Part shown: positions 48,201 through 61,000 of the stretch, in pieces
Layout of the letters: each line of letters begins with the position of its first letter
How positions within the stretch are numbered: the first letter of the stretch is position 1
NCBI GenBank assembly: GCA_009914755.4
Contig: CP086569.2
Coordinates: forward strand, 20,960,001 to 21,024,000
Length of the DNA stretch: 64,000 nucleotides
Reading direction: 5' to 3'
Origin: the human T2T-CHM13v2.0 reference genome, Homo sapiens
Notes under the pieces: model-generated
What the model was told of the DNA's origin: nothing
Seen by the model: only the letters and a program-made list of their open reading frames with translations
Database searches by the model: none
Program-made: the position numbers and the translations under genes

Positions 48201-51200
48201 ACCTAGGTGGTGAGTGTTACAGCACTTAAAGGTGTTATGTCCAGAGTTTGTACCGTCAGATATGTCTAGAGTTTCTTCCTTCTGGCAGGTTTATGGTCTT
48301 GCTAACTTCAGGAATTAAGCTGCAGACCTTAGTGGTGAGTGTTACAGTACTTAAAGTTGTTAAGTCAAGAGTTTGTTCGTTCAGATGTGTCCATAGTTTC
48401 TTCCAGCTGGCAGGTTCATGGTCTTGCTCACTTCAAGAATGATGTTGCAGAGCTTTACGGTGAGTGTTACAGCACTTAAAGGTGTTATATACAGAGTTTG
48501 TTCCTTCAGATGTGTCCAGAGTTTCTTTCTTCTGGCAGGTTCAGGGTCTTGCTCACTTCAAGAATGAATGAAGCTGCAGACCTTTACGTTGAGTGTTACA
48601 GCTTATAAAGGTGTTATGTCCAGAGTTTGGTCCTTCAGATGTGTCCAGAGTTTCTTCCTTCGGGCAGGTTCATGGTCTTGCTCACTTCAAGAATGAAGTT
48701 GCAGACCTTAGTGGTGAGGGTTACAGCACTTAAAGGTGTTATGTCCTGAGTTTTTTTCCTTCAGATGTGTCCAGAATTTCTTCCTTCTGGCAGGTTCACG
48801 GTCTTGCTCAATTCAAGAATGAAGCTGCAGACCTTAGTGGTGAGTGTTACAGCACCTAAAGGTGTTATGTCCAGAGTTTGTTCCTTCAGGTGTGTCCAGA
48901 GTTTCTTCCTTCTGGCAGGTTCATGGTCTTGCTCACTTCAAGAATGAAGCTGCAGACCTTAGTGCTGAGTGTTACAGTACCTAAAGGTGTTATGTCCAGA
49001 GTTTGTTCCTTCAGATGTGTCCAGAGTTTCTTCCATCTGGCAGGGTCATGGTCTTGCTCACTTCAAGAGTGAAGCTGCAAAATTTAGTGGTGATTGTTAC
49101 AGCCCTTAAATGTGTTATGTCCAGAGTTTGTTCCTTCAGATGTGTCCAGATATTTTTCCTTCTGGCATGTTCATGTTCTTGCTCACTTTAAGAAAGAATG
49201 AATCTGCAGACCATTACGGTGAGTGTTACAGCATATAAATGTGTTATGTCCAGAGTTTCGTCCTTCAGATGTGTCCGGAATTTCTTCTTTCGGGCAGGTT
49301 CATGGTCATGCTCACTTCAACAATGAAGCTGAAGACCTTGGTGGTGAGTGTTACAGCAGTTACAGTTGTTATGTTCGGAGTTTGTTCCATTAGATGTGTA
49401 TAGAGTTTTTTCCTTCTGGCAGGTTCATGGTCTTGCTCACTTCAAGAATGAAGCTGCAGACCTTAGTGGTGAGTGTCACAGCACTTTAAGGTGTTATGTC
49501 CAGAGTTTGTTCATTCAGATGTGTCCAGAATTTCTTCCTTCTGGCAGGTTCATTGTCTTGCTCACTTCAAGAAAGAAGCTGCAGACATTTAGGGTGAGTG
49601 TTACACCACGTAAAAGTGTTATGTCCAGAGTTTGTTCCTTCAGATGTGGCCAGAGTTTCTTCCTTCTGGCAGGTTCATGGTCTTGCTCACTTCAAGAATG
49701 AAGCTGCAGACCTTTACGGTGAGTGTTACAGCATTTAAACGTGTCATGTCCAGAGTTTGTTCCCTTAGATGTGTCCAGAGTTTCTTCCTTCGGGCAGGTA
49801 CATGGTCTTCCTCACTTCAAGAATGAAGCTGCAGACCTAGGTGGTGAGTGTTACAGCACTTAAAGGTGTTATGTCCATAGTTTGTACCGTCAGATATGAC
49901 TAGAGTTTCTTCCTTCTAGCATGTAAATGATCTTGCTCACTTCAAGAATGAAGCTACAGACACTAGTGGTGAGTGTTACTGTACTTAAAGTTGTTATGTC
50001 CAGAGTTTGTTCGTTCAGATGTGTCCAGAGTTTCTTTCTTCTGGCAGGTTCATGGTCTTGCTCACTTCAAGAATGAATGAAGCTGCAGAACTTTACGTTG
50101 AGTGTTACAGCATATAAAGGTGTTATGTCCAGAGTTTGGTCCTTCAGATGTGTCCAGAGTTTCTTCCTTCTGGCAGGTTCATGGTCTTGCTCACTTGAAG
50201 AATGAGGCTGCAGACCTTAGTGGTGAGGGTTACAGAACTTAAAGGTGTTATGTCCAGAGTTTGGTCCTTCAGATGTGTCCAGAGTTTCTTCCTTCTGGCA
50301 GGTTCATGGTCTTGCTCACTTCAAGAATGAAGCTGCAGACCTTAGTGGTGAGTGTTACAGCACTTAAAGGTGTCATGTCCAGAGATTGTTCCTTCAGATG
50401 TGTCCAGAGTTTCTTCCTTCTGGCAGGTTCATGGTCTTGCTCACTTCAAGAATGAAGCTGCAGACCTTAGTGGTGAGTGTTACAGTACTTAAAGGTGTTA
50501 TGTCCAGGGTTTTTTCCTTCAGATGTGTCCAGAGTTTCTTCCATCTGGCAGGTTCATGGTCTTGCTCACTTCAAGAGTGAAGCTGCAAAATTTAGTGGTG
50601 ATTGTTACAGCACTTACAGGTGTTATGTCCAGAGTTTGTTCCTTCAGATGTGTCCAGATATTCTTCCTTCTGGCATGTTCGTGGTCTTGCTCACTTCAAG
50701 AAAGAATGAAGCTGCAGACCTTTACGGTGAGTGTCACAGCACTAAAAGGTGTTATGTCCAGGGTTTGTTCCTTCAGATGTGGCCAGAGTTTCTTCCTTCT
50801 GGAAGGTTCATGGTCTTCCTCACTTCAAGAATGAAGCTGCAGACCTTTACGTTGAGTGTTACAGCATTTAAACCTGTTATGTCCAGAGTTTGTTCCTTTA
50901 GATGTGTCCAGAGTTTCTTCCTTCAGGCAGGTTCATGGTCTTGCTCATTTCAAGAATGAAGCTGCAGACATAGGTGGTGAGTGTTACAGCACTTAAAGGT
51001 GTTATGTCCAGAGTTTGTACCGTCAGATATGTCTAGAGTTTCTTCTTTCTGGCAGGTTTATGGTCTTGCTCACTTCCAGAATGAAGCTGCAGACCTTAGT
51101 GGTGAGTGTTACAGTACTTAAAGTTGTTAAGTCCAGAGTTTGTTCGTTCAGATATGTCCAGAGTTTCTTCCATCTGGCAGGTTCATGGTCTTGCTCACTT

Positions 51201-52000
51201 CAAGAATGATGTTGCAGAGCTTTACGGTGCGTGTTACAGCACTTAAAGGTGTTATATCCAGAGTTTGTTCCTTCAGGTGTGTCCAGAGTTTCTTTCTTCT
51301 TGCAGGTTCATGGTCTTGCTCACTTCAAGAATGAATGAAGCTGCAGACCTTTACGTTGAGTGTTACAGCTTATAAAGCTGTTATGTCCAGAGTTTGGTCC
51401 TTCAGATGTGTCCAAAGTTTCTTCCTTCGGGCAGGTTCATGGTCTTGCTCACTTCAAGAATGAAGCTGCAGACCTTAGTGGTGAGGGTTACAGCACTTAA
51501 AGGTGTTATGTAAGGAGTTTTTTCCTTCAGATGTGTCCAGAGTTTCTTCCTTCTGGCAGGTTCATGGACTTGCTCACTTCAAGAATGAATCTGCAGACCT
51601 AGGTGTTGAGTGTTACAGCACTTAAAGGTGTTATGTCGAGAGTTTGTACCGTCAGATATGTCTAGAGTTTCTTCATTCTGGCATGTTCATGGTTTTGCTC
51701 ACTTCAAGAATGAAGCTGTAGACCTTAGTGGTGAGTGTTACAGTACTTAAAGTTGTTATGTCCAGAGTTTGTTCGTTCAGATGTGTCCAGAGTTTCTTCC
51801 AACTGGCAGGTTCATGGTCTTGCTCACTTCAAGAGTGAAGCTGCATAATTTAGTGGTGATTGTTACAGCACTTAAAGGTGTTAGATCCAGAGTTTGTTCC
51901 TTCAGACGTGTCCAGAGTTCCTTTCTTCTGGCAGGTTCATGGTCTTGCTCACTTCAAGAATGAATGAAACTGCAGAACTTTACGTTGAGTGTTACAGCAT
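42300..52000 (+). repeat. Array domain 3: a distinct monomer-family composition with repeats of ~1.63, 2.0, 2.4-2.8 and 5.15 kb, and a regular 631-bp (5-monomer) HOR at about 48.5-52.0 kb
   Basis: Offsets: 42486→44114, 42577→44205 and 43364→44992 = 1628; 45367→47374 and 45458→47465 = 2007; 45866→48248 = 2382 and →51015 = 2767; 43580→47714 = 4134 and →49348 = 1634. Insertion-variant monomers lie at 48565, 49196, 50069, 50698, 51329 and 51959, four of the five spacings being ~630. Confidence 0.6.
46745..47190 (+). repeat. Locally homogenised run: a 250-bp dimer repeated with almost no divergence
   Basis: The 64-aa translations at 46745 and 46995 differ at one residue. Those at 46870 and 47120 belong to the same two-monomer alternation. 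Confidence 0.55.
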
Positions 52001-55000
52001 ATAAAGGTGTTATGTCCAGGGTTTGGTCCTTCAGATGTGTCCAGAATTTCTTCCTTCGGGCAGGTTCATGGTCTTGCTCACTTCAAGAATGAAGCTGCAG
52101 ACCTGAGTGTTGAGTGTTGCAGCACTTAAATTTTTATATCCAGGGTTTGTTCCTTCAGATATCTCCAGAGTTTGTTCCTTCTGGCAGGTTCATGGTCTTG
52201 CTGACCTCAAGAATGAAGCTACAGACCTTTACGGTGAGTGTTACAGCACTTAAAGGTGTTATGTCCAGAGTTTGTTCGTTGAGATTTCTCCAGAGTTTCC
52301 TCCTTCTGGCAGGTTCATGGTCCTGCTCACTTCAACAATGAGCTGCAGACCTTTACGGTGAGTGTTACAGCACTTAAAGTGTTATGTCCAGAGTTTGTTC
52401 CTTCAGATGTGTCCAGAGGTTCTTTCTTCTGGCAGGTTCATGGTCTTGCTCACTTCAATAATGAAGCTCCAGTCCTTTACGGTGAGAGTTACAGCACTTA
52501 GAGGTGTTATGTCCAGAGTTTGTTACTTCAGATGTGTCCAGAGTTTCTTCCATCTGGCAGGTTCATGGTCTTGCTCACTTCAAGAGTGAAGCTGCAGAAT
52601 TTAGTGGTGAGTGTTACAGCACTTAAAGGTGTTATGTCCAGAGTTTGTTCCTTCAGATGTGTCCAGATATTCTTCTTCTGGCATGTTCATGGTCTTGCTC
52701 ACTTCAAGAAAGAATGAAGCTGCAGACATTTACGGTGAGTGTTACAGCACTTAAATTTGTTATATCCAGAGTTTGTTCGTTCAGAAGTGTCCACAGTTTC
52801 TTTCTTGTGGCAGTTTCATGGTCTTGCTCACTTCAAGAAAGAATGAAGCTGCAGACCTTTACGGTGAGTTTTACAGCGTATAAAGGAGTTTTGTCCAGAG
52901 ATTGGTCATTCAGATGTGTCCAGAGTTTCTTCCTTCGGGCAGGTTCATTGTCTTGCTCACTTCAAGAATGAAGCTGTAAACCTTGGTGGTGAGTGTTACA
53001 GCAATTAAAGGTGTTATGTCCAGAGTTTGTTCCATTAGATGTGTATAGAGTTTCTTCCTTCTGGCAGGTTCATGGTCTTGCTCACTTTAGGAATGAAGCT
53101 GCAGACCTTTACGGTGAGTGTTACAGCACTTAAAGGTGTTATATCCAGAGTTTGTTCCTTCAGATGTGTCCAGAGATTCTTTCTTCTGGCAGGTTCATGG
53201 ACTTGCTCACTTCCAGAATGAAGTTCCAGACCTTTATGGTGAGTTTTACATCACTTAAAAGTGTTATGTCCAGAGTTTGTTCCTTCAGTTGTGTCCACAG
53301 TTTCTTCCTTCTGGCAGGTTCATGGTCTTGCTCACTTCAAGAACGAAACTGCAGACCATTACGGTGAGTGTTACAGCACTTAAAGGTGTTATGTCCAGAG
53401 TTTGTTCCTTCAGATGTGTCCAGTTTCTTCCTTCTGGCAGGTTCATGGTCTTGCTAGCTTCAAGAATGAAGCTGCAGACATTTTCGGTGAGTGTTACAGC
53501 ATTTAATGTTGTTATTTCGAGAGTTTTTTCCTTCAGATGTGTCCAGAGTTTCTTCCTTCTGGCAGGCTCATGGTCTTGCTCACTTCAAGAATGAAGCTGC
53601 AGACCTTAGTGGTGAGCGTTACAGCACTTACGTTGTTATGTCCAGAGTTTGTAACTTTAGATGTGTCCAGAGTTTCTTCCTTCTGGCAGGTTCATGGTCT
53701 TGCTGACCTCATGAATGAAGCTGCAGACCTTTACGGTGAGTGTTAGAGCACTGAAAGATGTCATGTCCAGAGTTTGTTCCTTCAGATGTGTCCAGAGTTT
53801 CTTCCATCTGGCAGGTTCATGGTCTTGCTCATTTCAAGAATGAAGCTGCAGACCTTAGTGGTGAGTGTTACAGCACTTAAAGGTGTTATGTCCAGAGTTT
53901 GTTCCTTCAGATGTGTCCAGAGTTTCCTCCTTCTGGCAGGTTCATGGTCTTGCTCACTTCAAGAATGAAGCTGCAGACCTTAGTGGTGAGTGTTACAGCA
54001 CTTAAAGTTGTTATATCCAGCGTTTGTTCGTACAGATGTGTCCAGAGTTTCTTCAATCTGGCAATTTCATGGTCTTGCTCACTTCAAGAATAATGCTGCA
54101 GACCTTTACGGTGAGTGTTACAGCACTTAAAGCTGTTGTATCCAGAGTTTGTTCCTGCAGATGTGTCCAGAGTCTCTTTCTTCTGGCAGGTTCATGGTCT
54201 TGCTCACTTCCAGAAAGAATGAAGCTGCAGACATTTACGGTGAGTGTTACAGCATGTAAAGGTGTTATGTCCAGAGTTTGGTCCTTCAGATGTGTCCAGA
54301 GTTTCTTCCATCTGACAGGTTCATGGTCTTGCTCACTTCAAGAGTGAGGCTTCAGAATTTAGTGGTGAGTGTTACAGCACTTTACGGTGTTATGTCCAAA
54401 GTTTTTTCTTTCAGATGTGTCCAGATATTCTTCCTTCTGGCAGGTTCATGGTGTTGCTCACTTCAACAATGAATGAAGCTGCAGACCTTTGCGGTGAGTG
54501 TTACAGCATATAAATGTGTTATGTCCAGAGTTTGGTCCTTCAGATATGTCCAGAGTTTCTTCCTTCGGGCAGGTTCATGGTCTTGCTCACTTCAAGAATG
54601 AAGCTGCCGACCATGGTCGTGAGTGTTACAGCAGTTAAATGTGTTATATCCAGGGTTTGTTCCATCAGATGTGTATAGAGTTTCTTCCTTCTGGCCGGTT
54701 CATGGTCTTGCTCACTTCAAGAATGAAGCTGCCGACCTTTACGGTGAGTGTCACAGTACTTAAAGGTGTTATGTCCAGAGTTTGTTCCTTCAGATTTGTC
54801 CAGAATTTCTTCCTTCTGGCAGGTTCATGGTCTTGCTCACTTCAAGAATGAAGCTGCAGACCTTTAGGGTGAGCGTTACAGCACTTAAAAGTGTTATGTC
54901 CAGAGTTTGTTCCTTCAAATGTGGCCCGAATTTCTTCCTTCTGGTAGGTTCATCGTCTTCCTCACTTCAAGAATGAAGCTGTAGACCTTTACGGTGAGTG

Positions 55001-58000
55001 TTACAGCATTTAAAGGTGTTAAGTCCAGAGTTTGTTCCTTCAGATGTGTCCAGAGTTTCTTCCTTCTGGCAGGTTCATGGTCTTGCTCACTTCAAGAATT
55101 AAGCTGCAGACCTAGGTGGTGAGTGTTACAGCAATTATAGGTATTATGTCCAGAGTTTGTTCCGTCAGATGTGTCTAGAGTTTCTTTCTTCTGGCAGGTT
55201 CATGGTGTTGCTCTCTTCAAGAATGAAGCTGCAGACCTTAGTGGTGAGTGTTACAGCACTTAAAGTTGTTATGTCCAGAGGTTGTTCGTTCAGATGTGTC
55301 CAGAGTTTCTTCAATCTGGCAGGTTCACGGTCTTGCTCACTTCAAGAATGATGCTGCAGACCTTTGCGGTGAGTGCTACAGCACTTAAAGGTGTTATATC
55401 CAGAGTTTGTTCCTTCAGATGTGTCCAGAGTTTCTTTCTTCTGGCAGGTTCATGGTCTTGCTCACTTCCAGAAAGAATGAAGCTGCAGACATTTACGGTG
55501 AGTGTTACAGCATATAAAGGTGTTATGTCCATTGTTTGGTCCTACAGATGTGTCCAGAGTTTCTTCCTTCGGGTAGGTTCAAGGTCTTGCTCAATTCAAA
55601 AATGAAGCTGCAGACCTTGGTGTTGAGAGTTACAGCACTTAAAGGTGTTATGTCCAGAGTTTGTTCCTTCAGATGTGCCCAGAGTTTCTTTCTTCTGGCA
55701 GGTTCTTGGTCTTGCTCACATCAATAATGAAGCTCCAGTCCTTTACGGTGAGTGTTACAGCACTTAAAGGTGTTATGTCCAGAGTTTGTTCCTTCAGATG
55801 TGTCCAGAGTTTCTTCCTTCTGGCAGGTTCATGGTCTTGCTCCCTTCAAGAATGAAGCTGCAGACCTTAGTGGTGAGTGTTACAGCACTTAAAGGTGTTA
55901 TGTCCAGAGTTTCTTCCTTCAGATGTGTCCAGATTTTCTTCTATCTGGCAGGTTCATGGTCTTGCTCACTTCAAGAGTGAAGCTGCAGAATTCAGCGGTG
56001 AGTGTTACAGCACTTAAAGGTGTTATGTCCAGAGTTTGTTCCTTCAGATTTGTCCAGATATTCCTAATTCTAGCATGCTCATGGTCTTGCTCACTTCAAG
56101 AAAGAATGAAGCTGCAGACCTTTAAGGTGAGTGTTACAGCACTTAAAGGTATGATATCCAGAGTTTGTTCCTTCAGATGTGTCCGGAGTTTCTTTCTTCT
56201 GGCAGTTTCATGGTCTTGCTCACTTCAAGAAAGAATGAAGCTGCAGACATTTACGGTGAGTTTTACAGCATATAAAGGTGTTATGTCCAGAGTTTGGTCA
56301 TTCAGATGTGTCCAGAGTTTCTTCCTTCGGGCAGGTTCATTGTCTTGCTCACTTCAAGAATGAAGCTGTAATCCTTGGTGGTGAGTGTTACAGCACTCAA
56401 AGGTGTTATGTCCAGAGTATGTTCCATCACATGTGTAGAGTGTTTCTTCCTTCTGGCCGGTTCATGGTCTTGGTCACTTCAAGAATGAAGCTGTAAACCT
56501 TGGTGGTGAGTGTTACAGCACTCAAAGGTGTTATGTCCAGAGTTTGTTCCATCACATGTGTAGAGTGTTTCTTCCTTCTGGCAGGTTCATGGTCTTGCTC
56601 ACTTCAAGAATGAAGCTGTAAACCTTGGTGGTGAGTGTTACAGGACTCAAAGGTGTTATGTCCAGAGTTTGTTCCATCACATGTGTAGAGTGTTTCTTCC
56701 TTCTGGCAGGTTCATGGTCTTGCTCACTTCAAGAATGAAACTGCAGACCATTACTGTGAGTGTTACAGCACTTAAAGGTATTATGTCCACAGTTTATTCC
56801 TTCAGATGTGTCCAGAGTTTCTTCCTTCTGGGAGGTTCATGGTCTTGCTAGCTTCAAGAATGAAGCTGCAGACCTTTAAGCTGAGTGTTACAGCATTTAA
56901 AGGTGTTATGTCCAGAGTTTCTTCCTTCAGATGTGTCCAAAATTTCTACCTTCTGGCAGGTTCATGGTCTTGCTCACCTTAAGAATGATGCTGCAGACCT
57001 TAGTGGTGAGGGTTACAGCACTTAAAGATGTTATGTCCAGAGTTTTTTCCTTCAGATGTGTCCAGAGTTTCTTCCTTCTGGCAGGTTCATGGTCTTGCTC
57101 ACTTCAAGAATGAAGCTGCAGACCTTAGTGGTGAGTGTTACAGCACTTAAAGGTGTTATGTCCAGAGTTTGTTCCTTCAGATGTGTCCAGAGTTTCTTCC
57201 TTCTGGCAGGTTCATGGTCTTGCTCACTTCAAGAATGAAGCTGCAGAACTTAGTGGTGAGTGTTACAGCACTAAAGGTGTTGTGTCCAGAGTTTTTTCCT
57301 TCAGAAGTGTCCAGAGTTTCTTCCACCTGGCAGGTTCATGGTCTTGCTCACTTCAAGAGTGAGGCTGCAGAATTCAGTGGTGAGTGTTACGGCACTTAAA
57401 GGTGTTATGTCCAGAGATTGTTCCTTCAGATGTGTCCAGATATTCTTCCTTCTGGCAGGTTCATGGTGTAGCTCATTTCAAAAAAGAATTAAGTTGCAAA
57501 CCTTTACGGTGAGTGTTGCAGCATATAAAGGTGTTATATCCAGAGTTTGTTCCTTCAGATGTGTCCAGAATTTCTTCCCTCTGGCAGCTTCATGGTCTTG
57601 CTCACTTCACGAATGAAGCTGCAGACCTTTAGGGTTAGTGTTACAGCACTTAAAAATCTTATGTCCAGAGTTTCTTCCTTCAGATGTGGACAGAATTTTT
57701 TCCTTCTGGCAGGTTCATGGTCTTGCTCACTTCAAGAATGAAGCTGCAGACCTTTACGGTGAGTGCTACAGCATTTAAATGTGTTAAGTCCAGAGTTTAT
57801 TCCTTCAGATGTGTACAGAGTTTCTTCCTTCTGGCATGTTCATGGTCTTGCTCACTTCAAGAATGAAGCTGCAGACCTAGGTGGTGAGTGTTACAGCACT
57901 TATAGGTGTTATCTCCAGAGTTTCTTCGGTCAGATGTGTCTAGAGTTTCTTTCTTCTTGCAGGTTCATGGTCTTGCTCACTTCAATAATGAAGCTGCAGA

Positions 58001-61000
58001 CCTTAGTGGTGAGTGTTACAGCACTTAAGGTTGTTATGTCCAGAGTCTGTTCTTTCAGATGTGTCCAGAGTTTCTTCAATCTGGAAGGTTCACGGTCTTG
58101 CACACTTCAAGAATGATGCTGCAGACATCTATGGTGAGTGTTACAGCACTTAAAGGTGTTATATCCAGAGTTTGTTCGTTCAGATGTGTTCAGAGTTTCT
58201 TTCTTATGGCAGTTTCATGGTCTTGCTCACTTCAAGAATGAAGCTGCAGACCTTTACGGTTAGTTTTAAAGCATATAAAGGTGTTATGTCCAGAGTTTGG
58301 TCATTCAGATGTGTCCAGAGTTTCTTCCTTCGGGCAGGTTCATTGTCTTGCTCACTTCAAGAATGAAGCTGTAAACCTTGGTGGTGAGTGTTACAGCACT
58401 TAAAGGTGTTATGTCCAGAGTTTGTTTCATCAGATGTGTATAGAGTTTCTTCCTTCTGGCAGGTTCATGGTCTTGCTCACTTCAAGAATGAAGCTGCAGA
58501 CCTTTATGGTGAGTTTTACATCAGTTAAAGTTGTTATGTCCAGAATTTGTTCCTTCAGGTGTCCAGAGTTTCTTTCTTCTGGCAGGTTCATGGACTTGCT
58601 CACTTCAAGAATGAAGCTCCAGACGTTTATGGTGAGTTTTACATCACTTAAAGGTGTTATGTCCGGAGTTTGTTCCTTCAGTTGTGTCCAGAGTTTCTTC
58701 CTTCTGGCAGGTTCATGGTCTTGCTCACTTCAAGAATGAAACTGCAGACCTTTAAGGTTAGTGTTACAGCACTTAAAGGTATTATGTCCAGAGTTTGTTC
58801 CTTCAGATGTGTCCAGAGTTTCTTCCTTCTGGCAGGTTCATGGTCTTGCTAGCTTCAAGAATGAAGCTGCAGACATTTACGGTGAGTGTTACAGCACTTA
58901 ATGTTGTTATTTCGAGAGTTTGTTCCTTCAGATGTGTCCAGAATTTCTTTCTTCTGGTAGGTTCATGGACTAGCTCACTTCAAGAATGAAGCTCCAGAAG
59001 TTTACGGTGAGTTTTACGTCATTTAAAGGTGTTATGTCCAGAGTTTGTTCCTTCAGTTGTGTCCAGAGTTTCTTCCTTCTGGCAGGTTCATGGTCTTGCT
59101 CACTTCAAGAATGAAACTGCAGACCTTCACGCTGAGTGTTACAGCACTTAATGTTGTTATTTCGAGAGTTTTTTCCTTCAGATGTATCCAGAGTTTCTTC
59201 CTTCTGGCAGGTTCATGGTCTTGCACAGTTCAAGAATGAAGCTGCATACCTTAGTGGTGAGCGTTACAGCACTTACGTTTTTATGTCCAGAGTTTGTTCC
59301 TTCAGATGTGTCCAGACTTTCTTCCATCTGGCAGGTTCATGGTCTTGCTCACTTCAAGAGTGAAGCTGCAGAATTTAGTGGTGAGTGTTACAGCACTTAA
59401 AGGTGTTAGGTCCAGAGTTTGTTCCTTCAGATGTGTCCAGATATTCTTCCTTCTGGCATGTTCATGGTCTTGCTCAGTTCAAGAAAGAATGAAGCTGCAG
59501 ACATTTACGGTGAGTGTTACAGCACTTAAAGTTGTTATATCCAGAGTTTGTTCCTTCAGATGTGTCCACAGTTTTTTTCTTCTGGCAGTTTCATGGTCTA
59601 GCTCACTTCAAGAAAGAATGAAGCTGCAGACCTTTACGGTGAGTTTTACAGCATATAAAGGTGTTATGTCCAGAGTTTGGTCATTCAGATGTGTCCAGAG
59701 TTTCTTCCTTCGGGCAGGTTCATTGTCTTGCTCACTTCAAGAATGAAGCTGTAAACCTTGGTGGTGAGTGTTACAGCACATAAAGGTGGTATGTCCAGAG
59801 TTTATTCCATCAGATTTGCATAGTGTTTCTTGCTTATGGCAGGTTAATGGCCTTGCTCACTTCAAGAATGAAGCTGCAGACCATTACGGTGAGTGTTACA
59901 GCAGTTAAAGGTGTTATATCCAGAGTTTGTTCCTTCATATGTGTCCAGAGTTTCTTTCTTCTGGCAGGTTCATGGACTAGCTCACTTTAAGAAGGAAGCT
60001 CCAGACTTTTACGGTGATTTTTAAGTCACTTAAATGTGTTATGTCCAGAGTTTGTTCCTTCAGTTCTGTCCAGAGTTTCTTCCTTCTGGCAGGTTCATGG
60101 TCTTGCTCACTTCAAGAATGAAACTGCAGACCTTTACGGTGAGTGTTACAGCACTTAAAGGTATTATGTCCAGAGTTTGTTCCTTCAGATGTGTCCAGAG
60201 TTTCTTCCTTCTGGCAGATTCATGGTCCTGGTCACTTCAAGAATGAAACTGCAGACCATTACCGTGAGTGTTACAGCACTTAAAGGTGTTATGTGCAGAG
60301 TTTGCTCCTTCAGATGTGTCCAGTTTCTTCCTTCTAGCAGGTTCATGGTCTTGCTCACTTGAAGAATGAAACTGTAGACCTTTACGGTAAGTGTTACAGC
60401 ACTGAAAGATGTTATGTGCAGAGTTTGTTCCTTCAGATGTATCCAGAGTTTCCTCCTTCGGGCAGGATCAAGGTCTTGCTCAATTCAAGAATGAAGCTGC
60501 AGACCTTTACGGTGAGTGTTACAGCATTTAAAGGTGTTGTGTCCAGAGTTTGTTAATTCAGATTTCTCCTGACTTTCTTCCTTCTGGCAGGTTCATGGTC
60601 TTGCTCACTTCAAGAATGAAGCTGCAGACCTTAGCGGTGAGTGTTACACCACTTAAAGGTGTTATGTCCAGAGTTTGTTCCTTCAGATGTGTCCAGAGTT
60701 TCTTCCTTCTGGCAGGTTCATGGTCTTGCTCACTTCAAGAATGAAACTGCAGACCATTACGGTGAGTGTTACAGCACTTATAGGTGTTATGTCCAGAGTT
60801 TGTTCCTTCAGATGTGTCCAGTTTCTTCCTTCTGGCCTGTTCATGGTCTTGCTCACTTTAAGAAAGAATGAAGCTGCAGACCTTTACGGAGAGTGATACA
60901 GCACTTAAAGGTGTTATATCCAGTGATTGTTCCTTCAGATGTGTCCAGAGTTTCTTTCTTATGGCAGTTTCATGGTCTTGCTCACTTCAAGAAAGAATGA